A stretch of 64,000 nt of DNA from Chloroflexota bacterium (lineage in GTDB: Bacteria; Chloroflexota; Limnocylindria; Limnocylindrales; CSP1-4), in the NCBI GenBank assembly GCA_003158675.1, contig PMKN01000030.1:10463-74462 (forward strand), written 5' to 3'. The notes beneath the pieces were generated by a model. It ran no database searches, was not told the origin of the DNA, and saw only the letters and a program-made list of their open reading frames with translations. The position numbers were made by a program, and so were the translations under genes. Shown in pieces: positions 33,384 through 41,255 of the stretch; the stretch's first letter is position 1, and every line of letters starts with the position of its first letter.

Positions 33384-34394
33384 TCAGCGGCCTTGTGGAA
33401 CGAGGCGCTGCTGGCGCGAGACAACGTCCGTGATTCGAACGCCGAAGTTCTCGTCGACGACCACGACCTCACCCGAGGCGATCGGCCGACCGTTGATGAG
33501 AACGTCGACCTTCTCGCCCGCGAGCTTGTCGAGTTCCACGATTGAACCCGGCGTGAGGGCCAGAACGTCGCGTATGGCGAGGGTCGTCCGCCCGATCTCG
33601 ACGGCCACCTGGAGGTTCACGCCGAGCAGAAGGTCGATGTTGTAGGCGGGCTGCCCCGACGGAGCGGCGGTCAATTCGGAAAGTGACACTGGCCGCACGT
33701 TGGAGGCGGAAACGGCGGCCCCGCCGTTGCCGTTGCCGTTGCCATTGCCATAGCCATTGCCGCCGGCCGGGGCCGCGGGTCGCTGCGGTGCGGGCGCGGC
33801 CTTGAACTCCTGGCTGCGCTGAGCCGCGACCGGTTGCGCCGCCGTCGTAGCGGACGCGTCGGAGGTCAGCGCCTGCAAGGCCACGACGTGGGCCGCGAGC
33901 TCGCCGGCGACGGCAGCGTCGTAGGCCGAGACCAGTACGACCTCTTCGTTGTCGACCGACGTAAGCGGCAGTCGCAGGAGAATCAGCGGCGCCTGCGGCG
34001 ACCCGACCGGAATCGGGGCACCCAAACCCAGGCCCTCCCCAAGGATCGATTCGAAGGCCGTGCTGGCGGCCTCCATGACCAGTTCCTGGAGACGAGCGGC
34101 GCTGTATTCCTTGCCACCGATCTTGTTGCCCTTGCTCGAATCGAGCGCAGCCCAAGACCCTCGGCGATCCGTTCCCAGAAGTTCGAATGAGGACGCGCCC
34201 TCCAGTGGAGTGGCCGCCCCTTCCGGCGTGCCGCTCGCCACCGCGAGCTCACCGCAAGTGACGGGGCAGAGGGCGTCGCCAGAAATGCCCTCGGCGATGG
34301 CCGAGCGGAGCATCGGCCAGAGCGGCAGGATCGAGGCTCCCGCACCGAGCGATTGAGCGTCGGCAGTCTTCCAGTCCATCGATTCCCAGCTCAT
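33384..34394 (-). CDS. fliN: Flagellar motor switch protein FliN with long N-terminal domain (FliY-like size)
   Basis: The C-terminal ~85 aa are canonical FliN/SpoA (LLLGVNLQVAVEIGRTTLAIRDVLALTPGSIVELDKLAGEKVDVLINGRPIASGEVVVVDENFGVRITDV). They are preceded by ~250 aa that include a Gly-Asn repeat. Confidence 0.85.
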   Translation of the reverse strand: MSWESMDWKTADAQSLGAGASILPLWPMLRSAIAEGISGDALCPVTCGELAVASGTPEGAATPLEGASSFELLGTDRRGSWAALDSSKGNKIGGKEYSAARLQELVMEAASTAFESILGEGLGLGAPIPVGSPQAPLILLRLPLTSVDNEEVVLVSAYDAAVAGELAAHVVALQALTSDASATTAAQPVAAQRSQEFKAAPAPQRPAAPAGGNGYGNGNGNGNGGAAVSASNVRPVSLSELTAAPSGQPAYNIDLLLGVNLQVAVEIGRTTLAIRDVLALTPGSIVELDKLAGEKVDVLINGRPIASGEVVVVDENFGVRITDVVSRQQRLVPQGR

Positions 34395-34397
34395 TTG

Positions 34398-35384
34398 TCA
34401 GGCCTCCGTGGGCACAAGGGGCGTCACCAGACGCAGGGCAATGCGATCCCCGACCCGACCTGGGATCGCCCAGGCCTGGGCCTGGTCGGACACTGTGATG
34501 AGGACCGGCTCGCCGAAGTGCTCGTCGAACCGGATGACGTCGCCGGGCTGGAGTTCCGTGAGCGCCTCGACCGGAATATCGACCGCCCGGAAGCTGGCCG
34601 ACACGGGGATTTCGACCGACCTGACCTCCGCCTCGAGGGTCTCGCGAACGGTGGCGTCGCCGACGGTCTGGCGTCTCTGGGCGTACCACATCGTGGCCGC
34701 CAGGCGCGGGAGAAGCGGTTCGAGTGCCGCGAAGGGATAGCAGATGGTCATCGGCGCGGTCTGCCCCGCGAACCGAACCTCGTAGGTGAGAACCGCCACC
34801 ACCTCGGTGGGTGCCGCCAGACGCAGCAGGATCGGCGAGAGCGCCGTCTCCGTGACGGCCACGTCCAGGGTCTGGAGATGCGCCCAGCCCTCGTTGAGGG
34901 CATGCGGCAGGTGGGCGACGACGCGGGCGATGAGATCCGCCTCGATGGGGGTCGGTTCGGTGCGCTCCGCCGGCATCCGACCGGGTCCGCCGAGCAAGCG
35001 GTCGACGGCTGCGAATGCGAAGCCCAGATCGAGGTCCGCCAGGAAGGGGCCGCCCAGGCCGGGACTGGTCATCACGACCAGTTCGGTCGGGAGGGCGAGC
35101 TGCCCGAGGTAGTCGTCGAAGACGAGTTGATCGGTGCCCGCCAGCTGGATCACGACGGAACCGCGCAGGAAGGACGACAGGCGCGCCGCGGCGACTCGGC
35201 CGACGTTCTCGTGGATCGCCTGAAGGGTGCGCAGCTGCTCGTTGGAGAACTTGGCCGGACGGCGGAAGTCGTACGTCTTGACGATCCGGCCATCCGCGCT
35301 CAACGACGGCGGCTGATCCTCGGGCGGGAGGGAGCCATCGGCCACCGCCCCGAGGAGCGCATCGATCTCTGCCTGCGACAACAT
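34398..35384 (-). CDS. fliM: Flagellar motor switch protein FliM
   Basis: 328 aa. N-terminal CheY-P-binding peptide MLSQAEIDALLG, then KTYDFRRPAKFSNEQLRTLQAIHE and a C-terminal SpoA-like domain. Confidence 0.9.
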   Translation of the reverse strand: MLSQAEIDALLGAVADGSLPPEDQPPSLSADGRIVKTYDFRRPAKFSNEQLRTLQAIHENVGRVAAARLSSFLRGSVVIQLAGTDQLVFDDYLGQLALPTELVVMTSPGLGGPFLADLDLGFAFAAVDRLLGGPGRMPAERTEPTPIEADLIARVVAHLPHALNEGWAHLQTLDVAVTETALSPILLRLAAPTEVVAVLTYEVRFAGQTAPMTICYPFAALEPLLPRLAATMWYAQRRQTVGDATVRETLEAEVRSVEIPVSASFRAVDIPVEALTELQPGDVIRFDEHFGEPVLITVSDQAQAWAIPGRVGDRIALRLVTPLVPTEA

Positions 35385-35395
35385 CTGATGGCCGC

Positions 35396-35905
35396 CTACT
35401 GCATCACTAGATCGGTGAAGTAGACGTTGAGGACCTCGCTGTCCCCGAGGACCTTGCGCATCGCGGCCAACAGCTCGCTCTTGAGCTGGGCGTGACCGTC
35501 CGGAGAGTTGATCGACGTGGAATCGTGCCCGGACACGACTGTTCCAAGCGCATCGAGTAGGAGGGGCACATCGTCGCTGACCTTGTCGGTCTCGGCCTTC
35601 TCCTCCTTCGCCCGCGCATCGCTACTCATTGCGTAGAAGCCCGCGGAGGTGGGCCGCAGCTCGATCGTGACGGCGATCTTCGCGTACTTGTAGAGGCCCG
35701 GCGTCGTGCTGGTCGTCAGGTTGATGACGCGGCTGTCCAGGGCGAGCATCGGCCCATGCTGGCCCGGGCTCGGATCGGGGACGGCCGGCGGCGGACCGCT
35801 CTTGGCGGACATCGACATGAAGAGGAATCCGCCGGCAGCGGCGAGCCCGAGGGGCACGCCCAGGATGAGGATGGCGCGGCGACCGTGCGGGATTGGGAGC
35901 TTCAT
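35396..35905 (-). CDS. fliL: Flagellar basal body-associated protein FliL
   Basis: One TM segment, then VINLTTST..YKYAKIAVTIEL... and VLNVYFTDLVMQ. ATG 35905 (SD GAGAG) is preferred over GTG 35914. Confidence 0.8.
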   Translation of the reverse strand: MKLPIPHGRRAILILGVPLGLAAAGGFLFMSMSAKSGPPPAVPDPSPGQHGPMLALDSRVINLTTSTTPGLYKYAKIAVTIELRPTSAGFYAMSSDARAKEEKAETDKVSDDVPLLLDALGTVVSGHDSTSINSPDGHAQLKSELLAAMRKVLGDSEVLNVYFTDLVMQ

Positions 35906-35921
35906 CGACAGCACTCTCGAC

Positions 35922-36695
35922 TCATGGGAACGAAGGCGGCGTCACGGGGCTCGGGACGCTGTCCACCTGCGGGGGGTAGAGGACCACGACGTCCACTCGT
36001 CGGTTCTTGGCTCGCGACGGTTCGTCGGTGTTGGCGACGATGGGGTTGTAGCTGGCATTGCCCTGGGCGCACATTCGCTCGGGCGGCATGCCCTGCTGCG
36101 CCATGACCTGGAGCACAGCCAAGGCGCGCGCGCTCGAGAGTTCCCAGTTGTCGGCATACAGACCGCCCTCGGGCGGGAGGTCGTCGGTGTTGCCCTCGAT
36201 CCGGATCGAGTTGGGAAGTGGCTTGACGATGCCGACGAGCTTGCCGATCAGCAGCACCGCGTGATCGTCCAGGTGGGCGCGACCAGACGTAAAGAGGACC
36301 GCGTCGCTGAGGCGGATGACGATGCCCTGGGGCGCGATGCCGACTTCGACCTCGCCGCCGAGACCCTGGCCGATGGCGTAATCCTCCAGCGCGGCTTTGA
36401 TGGCGCGCATGTCGGTTTCCACGGACGTGGCACCGCTGTCGTAGGTCTGGTCCTCAACGGTCGTCTCCTGGCCGTCCATGATCGAAACGGCCGCCTGGCC
36501 CTGCATCACGTCGGCGTTGAAAGCGGCCGAGACCGACTGGGCCAGGGCGATGAACTTGCGGACGTCGGTGGTGCTGATCGCGTACATGACCACGAACAGC
36601 ACGAACAGGAGCGTGATCAGGTCGGAGTAGGTCAGCAGCCAGCGCTCGTCGTTGTCATGCGGCGATTCGACGTTGGCTCGCCTGCGTCGTGCCAT
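35922..36695 (-). CDS. motB: Flagellar stator protein MotB
   Basis: N-terminus ERWLLTYSDLITLLFVLFVVMY includes the plug/TM region with the conserved Asp. OmpA-like C-terminus (IRIEGNTDD...NWELSSARA...NRRVDVVV). The ATG shares one nt with the motA stop. Confidence 0.9.
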   Translation of the reverse strand: MARRRRANVESPHDNDERWLLTYSDLITLLFVLFVVMYAISTTDVRKFIALAQSVSAAFNADVMQGQAAVSIMDGQETTVEDQTYDSGATSVETDMRAIKAALEDYAIGQGLGGEVEVGIAPQGIVIRLSDAVLFTSGRAHLDDHAVLLIGKLVGIVKPLPNSIRIEGNTDDLPPEGGLYADNWELSSARALAVLQVMAQQGMPPERMCAQGNASYNPIVANTDEPSRAKNRRVDVVVLYPPQVDSVPSPVTPPSFP

Positions 36696-37495
36696 CAAGC
36701 CGCCTCGGGGATCGCCGCGCCCGCGGCGGCCTTCTCGGGTGACTCGACTACTTCAGGCTCCGGGCCGGCGTGCGCTCGCAGCTTCTGAGCGACGATGCGC
36801 GGGTTGTCGCCGGCCTGGATCGCCAGGATCGCGGCCAGGGCGAGACGTCGCTCCTTGACCTCGGACTGGTCCTTGCCTTTGAGGTTGGCCGAGATCGGCA
36901 ACCACAGAATGTTGGCGGCACCTACGCCGAATAGAGTGGCGATGAAGGCGGTCGCGATCGACTCGCCCAGACCGGACGGATCGGACAGATTCGAGAGGAC
37001 ACTGACCAGGCCCATGACCGTCCCGAGCACTCCAAAGGTGGGCGAATAGCCGCCCATCTTCGCGAACATGTCGATGCCCTTCATGTGGCGCGCCTGCATC
37101 GACTCGGTCTCGATCTCGAGGATCTCCTCGACCGTGTCCGGTTCGAGACCGTCTATGACCATCTGGAGTCCGCGCCGGATGAACGGATCCTCGACCGCCT
37201 CGACGTCGGCTTCGAGCGCCAGCAACCCCTCGCGCCGGGCCCGTTCCGCGAACTTGATAAGAGTCTCGCGGATGGAGTCGATGTCGCTAACCCGCGGCTT
37301 CATGCTCATCCCGATCAGCTTCGGGAAGGTCATGAACTGCTTCATCGAGGTGGAAGCGATCGTCGCCCCGAACGTGGCACCGAAGATCAGCAGGATCGCT
37401 GAGGGGTTGATGAACGCGGCCGGGGACCCGCCGTCGAGGACGTCGGCGACCATCATCGCCCCGAGGCAGATCATGATTCCGAGGGCGCCGTCCAT
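36695..37495 (-). CDS. motA: Flagellar stator protein MotA
   Basis: 266 aa, four TM segments, with YSPTFGVLGTVMGLV and TLFGVGAANILWLPI motifs. Confidence 0.9.
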   Translation of the reverse strand: MDGALGIMICLGAMMVADVLDGGSPAAFINPSAILLIFGATFGATIASTSMKQFMTFPKLIGMSMKPRVSDIDSIRETLIKFAERARREGLLALEADVEAVEDPFIRRGLQMVIDGLEPDTVEEILEIETESMQARHMKGIDMFAKMGGYSPTFGVLGTVMGLVSVLSNLSDPSGLGESIATAFIATLFGVGAANILWLPISANLKGKDQSEVKERRLALAAILAIQAGDNPRIVAQKLRAHAGPEPEVVESPEKAAAGAAIPEAA

Positions 37496-37504
37496 CTCTT
37501 GGGC

Positions 37505-37801
37505 CTAGCCCTTCGGTGCTTCGCCGTAGGCGCGAAGCCGTCCGCGGTTGGGGTGCTCGTAGAGCGACGGGTCGTGCTCGGTGGGCGGGTCGTAAGCCCG
37601 CCGACCGCCGAACCTGGCGTCGACGTGGAGCGAGCGCTGGTAGTAGTGGAAGCGCGTCGCAATCTCGGTGGCCGTCTCGCGGACCAGAATCTTCTTGCCG
37701 TCGGCAAGCGTGATGACGGTGTCGGGGGTCTCCTCGACGATCTCTATGCGATCGGGGTTGACCAGCAGTGCCGTACCGTCGGTTCGCGTCAGCGGGATCA
37801 T
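37505..37801 (-). CDS. flbD: Flagellar protein FlbD
   Basis: 98 aa. MIPLTRTDGTALLVNPDRIEIVEETPDTVITLADGKKILVRETATEI is the FlbD signature, followed by a ~45-aa tail. Confidence 0.85.
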   Translation of the reverse strand: MIPLTRTDGTALLVNPDRIEIVEETPDTVITLADGKKILVRETATEIATRFHYYQRSLHVDARFGGRRAYDPPTEHDPSLYEHPNRGRLRAYGEAPKG

Positions 37802-37804
37802 GGC

Positions 37805-38506
37805 TCAGGCCAGGCTGCCGGTCAGCGCCAGTCGCATCAAGCCGGCCCGCGATCGCACGTTCAGCTTGCGACTGAGATTGGCCCGGTGAGCCTCAACCGT
37901 CTTCACGGACAGGACCAGAGATTCCGCTATCTCGCGGTTGGAGAGGCCCTGGCCGATGAGAAACAGCATCTCGCGCTCGCGCGGGGTGAGGAGCGAAACC
38001 GGGCCCTCGTCCACGAGAGCGGCTTCGAGGTGCTCCCCCACTGTCGGGAAACCCGCCACGATCGGGCCGAGGCCGTCCATTACCCGCCGGATGAGCGTCA
38101 GGAAGGTGTCGCGATTGACGTGGTCGATCAGCATGGCCGCGTCCGCGCCGACCCTGAGGCAATCGCGCGGCGAGACTTCACGGCCGCGAGTAACCAGGGC
38201 TACGAGCCGCGGCTTGGGCCAGAGCGCGGCCAAGAGGCGGCACACCTCGGGCCCTTCCGCTGGCGCGAAGTCGAACAGGACCAGCTGCGGGTGAACGTCC
38301 GAGGCCAGTCGGAAGGCTTCATAGACAGACGCCGCGCTCGCAACCTCGCAGGCCGAGCCGCTGGCAAGCATGGTCGACACGCCGAGGCGGACTATCTCGG
38401 CCTGGTGGATGATCAGGGCGTGGGTCGCGGCTCGTGCTGGCCGCGGCAACGACGCTGCGGGCCGGCCTCCCCGATTGTCCCGGACCGGAAAGCTGGCGAT
38501 CGACAT
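37805..38506 (-). CDS. LuxR-family regulator with degenerate receiver domain, first gene of the motor/export operon
   Basis: C-terminal HTH LTPREREMLFLIGQGLSNREIAESLVLSVKTVEAHRANLSRKL. The N-terminal receiver-like fold reads IIHQAEI instead of the DD pair and MLID where the conserved K belongs. ATG 38506 (SD AAGGA) is preferred over TTG 38515. Confidence 0.75.
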   Translation of the reverse strand: MSIASFPVRDNRGGRPAASLPRPARAATHALIIHQAEIVRLGVSTMLASGSACEVASAASVYEAFRLASDVHPQLVLFDFAPAEGPEVCRLLAALWPKPRLVALVTRGREVSPRDCLRVGADAAMLIDHVNRDTFLTLIRRVMDGLGPIVAGFPTVGEHLEAALVDEGPVSLLTPREREMLFLIGQGLSNREIAESLVLSVKTVEAHRANLSRKLNVRSRAGLMRLALTGSLA

Positions 38507-38779
38507 TTCGGCCAATCCTTGGACTACCTGCTGGCCGGCGGGACGATCCGTCTGGAAGTGCGACCCGGAAGTCGTCCACCGATCTGGCCCGAAGCATTCG
38601 GCAGGGACAGCGCGTAGGTGAACTCCCGGGTTGAGCCGGCCGTTCGGGGAGGGAACTCGGGGAGTGACCTAGGTAGTCGGCAGTTCGCAGTAGGGTCCTG
38701 GGGCGCCCGGGGGGTGCCGCCGGCACGGACGGGCCGCCGTGCACTAGGGGTTCGCCCTGACGTCGCTTCGTTCGAGCGC

Positions 38780-38797
38780 GTTCAGTATCTACTGAAC
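38780..38797. promoter_or_regulatory. Perfect AT-rich palindrome, candidate operator upstream of the GbsR/MarR gene
   Basis: GTTCAGT-ATCT-ACTGAAC (7-bp arms) in an otherwise GC-rich spacer. It lies 92 nt upstream of ATG 38889 and 15 nt upstream of a TATACT hexamer (38812-38817). Confidence 0.4.
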
Positions 38798-38888
38798 TGT
38801 CATCGACGTCCTATACTCGCTGCAAGCGCAAATCCAAACCCCCACTCCCACCGCCGGGTGAGCCGCGCGACCTGGAGGCCGGTGCCAC

Positions 38889-39401
38889 ATGCTGGACGAG
38901 CTCTTGGATCGAAACGGGGACAGACGCGGTTCGCGCATCTCGGCCGCTCGGTTCGTCGAGGAGATCGGGCTGGTCTTCGACTCGTTGCACCTGCCGCGCA
39001 TGGCCGGCCGGGTGCTTGGAGCGATCCTGATCGGACCCGCGGACGGGATGACCGCCTCCGAGCTGGTCGAGACGCTGCAGGCGAGCAAGGGCTCGATCAG
39101 CGGCATGACCCAGCTCCTGACCCACTACCGCTTTATCGAGAGAACGGTTCGGGGCGGCGATCGGCGGGACCGGTTCATCGTCAGATCGGGGGCCTGGGCG
39201 CGCATGATGCTGTGGCGTATCGAGCTGCTGCAGCGCCTGCAGGAACTCGCCGCGGATGGCCTCGGATTGCTCGGCCCGAACGGGAACCCAGAGCCGCTCG
39301 AAGAGGTGCGAGATATGTACGCGTTTCTTGAACGGGAGCTACCCCGGTTGTTCGATCGCTGGGAATCGGAGCGCTCGGTCGCTCGAAAGAAGGCGCCCTA
39401 G
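38889..39401 (+). CDS. GbsR/MarR-family transcriptional regulator
   Basis: 170 aa. Winged-helix core LPRMAGRVLGAILIGPADGMTASELVETLQASKGSISGMTQLLTHYRFIER. The stop abuts the ABC ATPase start. Confidence 0.7.
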   Translation: MLDELLDRNGDRRGSRISAARFVEEIGLVFDSLHLPRMAGRVLGAILIGPADGMTASELVETLQASKGSISGMTQLLTHYRFIERTVRGGDRRDRFIVRSGAWARMMLWRIELLQRLQELAADGLGLLGPNGNPEPLEEVRDMYAFLERELPRLFDRWESERSVARKKAP

Positions 39402-40337
39402 ATGGCGCCCGCAATCGAGACCGAAGGCCTCACCAAGAGCTACGGTCGCGCACGTGGAATCATCGAGGTCGATCTTGTCGTGGAAGGCGGCCAGATCTTC
39501 GGTTTCCTCGGGCCGAACGGGGCAGGCAAATCGACTACGATCAGACTGCTGTTGGACCTGATCCGGCCCACGAGCGGCAAGGCCCGGGTTTTTGGGCTGG
39601 ACGTCCACCGCGATCGGCTCGCCATCGACCGCCGCACCAGCTACGTGCCGGGAGAACTGGCGCTATACAGCGAGCTGACAGGGCGCCAGCTCCTCGACTA
39701 CCTCGGCAACCTGCAGGGCCACGTCGACGCTGCGTTCCGCGACGGTCTCGTGGACCGGCTCGAACTAGATCCGACCAAGCGAATCAAGAGCCTGTCACGC
39801 GGTAACAAGCAGAAAGTCGGCCTGGTGGCCGCATTCATGATCAGGCCGGAGCTGATCATCCTCGACGAGCCGACGGCAGGCCTGGATCCCTTCGTCCAGC
39901 TCGAATTCGAGCACCTCTGCGAAGAGGCGCGGAACGAGGGCCGGACCGTATTCATCTCGTCGCATCAGCTGCCCGAAGTCGAGCACCTGTGCGATCGCGT
40001 CGGAATCATCCGGGAGGGGCGTCTGCTGGCGGTCGAAGCGATCGCCGATCTCAAGGACCGAGCGTTGCGCCGGCTCGAAATCGATTTTGGCGAGCCTGTC
40101 AGCGCCGATGTCTTCGCCGGGTTGCCAGGGGTGCGTGATCTGGTCGTGAACGACGGGACCTTGAGGTGCACCGTTATGGGCAGCCTGGATGCCCTGATCA
40201 AGGCGGCCGCCCGCTTCGAGGTCCGAAATCTCCACACCGTCGAGACGAGCCTGGAAGAGATATTCATGGCCTATTACGGGTCGGGCGAAGGGATCGAGGC
40301 TGGCGTCGCCGGAGAGGCCGGGCATGTTGCTGCGTAA
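39402..40337 (+). CDS. ABC transporter ATP-binding protein
   Basis: Walker A GPNGAGKST, signature LSRGNKQK, Walker B LIILDEPTAGLD, H-loop SSHQL. Confidence 0.9.
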   Translation: MAPAIETEGLTKSYGRARGIIEVDLVVEGGQIFGFLGPNGAGKSTTIRLLLDLIRPTSGKARVFGLDVHRDRLAIDRRTSYVPGELALYSELTGRQLLDYLGNLQGHVDAAFRDGLVDRLELDPTKRIKSLSRGNKQKVGLVAAFMIRPELIILDEPTAGLDPFVQLEFEHLCEEARNEGRTVFISSHQLPEVEHLCDRVGIIREGRLLAVEAIADLKDRALRRLEIDFGEPVSADVFAGLPGVRDLVVNDGTLRCTVMGSLDALIKAAARFEVRNLHTVETSLEEIFMAYYGSGEGIEAGVAGEAGHVAA

Positions 40338-41124
40338 CGTCTTCACGAAGACCGTTCGAGACCTGCGCTGGCCAACCTTCTGGGTAAGCCTCGGATGCGG
40401 CGCCATGACTGCCTACTTTGCGATTCTGTTTCCCACCTATTCCAAGCTCATCGACCTCAACTCGCTCCTGGAGAAGATGGGACCAGCGGCGAAACTCCTG
40501 GGCGCAAGTATGGGCGACGCGAGCACTCTGGTCGGCTTCCTGCACATTGAGTTGTTCTCCATGATCCTGCCCGCGGCGATCGCCGCATTCGCGGCCGGCG
40601 TCGCCAGCGGATTCACGGCCGGCGAGGAGTCGCGGGGCACGATCGACATTCTCCTCTCGTACCCGATCTCACGTCGGAGGATCGTCCTCGAGAAGTGGCT
40701 GGCATTGTCGTTGGCCTGCGTTGTCGCCGCCGTCGTCCTGTGGGTGTTCGCGATCATCGGCGCCGCGATCAGCGCCAGCGTCCTGCCCGGCGATCGTCTC
40801 GCGGCCGCCCTCGTCATGCTGGTGCTGCTCGGTCTGGCCTTCGGCGCCATCGCCCTCGCCATTTCGGCCGCGACCGGCAATCGTGGCGCCTCCATCGGAC
40901 TCACTGTTGCGCTGCTCGTGGTCATGTATCTGGTCGACGCGCTTTCCGCGATCGTCGACGGTCTGGGCGTTATCCGACCGCTCTCGCTGTTCCGTTACTA
41001 CATGGGCGACGATCCGCTCCGCGCCGGCCTGAACTTCGCCGACGCGGCCGTCCTGGCCGCGGTGGCGGCGGTCTTCCTGGTCATCGCGGTCGTGGCCTTC
41101 GAAAGACGAGATCTGGCCGCCTAG
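40324..41124 (+). CDS. ABC-2 type transporter permease
   Basis: 266 aa, about six TM segments. It overlaps the ATPase gene by 14 nt. Confidence 0.8.
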   Translation: MLLRNVFTKTVRDLRWPTFWVSLGCGAMTAYFAILFPTYSKLIDLNSLLEKMGPAAKLLGASMGDASTLVGFLHIELFSMILPAAIAAFAAGVASGFTAGEESRGTIDILLSYPISRRRIVLEKWLALSLACVVAAVVLWVFAIIGAAISASVLPGDRLAAALVMLVLLGLAFGAIALAISAATGNRGASIGLTVALLVVMYLVDALSAIVDGLGVIRPLSLFRYYMGDDPLRAGLNFADAAVLAAVAAVFLVIAVVAFERRDLAA

Positions 41125-41220
41125 CGTCGCGACGTCTGCCTTGCGCACCGGATGGCGTCGAGTGGCGGAACAACGCCCTACGCGATAGAGTAGTCACTCG
41201 CTTAGTATTCCCGCAGCGGC

Positions 41221-41255
41221 GGGTCGCGGCGGATCGCGGTTGATCGCGGCGGGCG
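41221..41255 (+). repeat. 10-bp-periodic tandem repeat (GATCGCGG core, 3 copies plus a partial one)
   Basis: gGGTCGCGGC gGATCGCGGT tGATCGCGGC gGGCG, immediately 5' of ATG 41256. Confidence 0.6.

Noticed and set aside
38595-38635. GCCGAATG with a CTCAAC hexamer upstream of the motor/export operon (minus strand).
   Set aside because: The two halves are about 27 nt apart instead of 14-15. I could not define a convincing promoter for this operon by eye.
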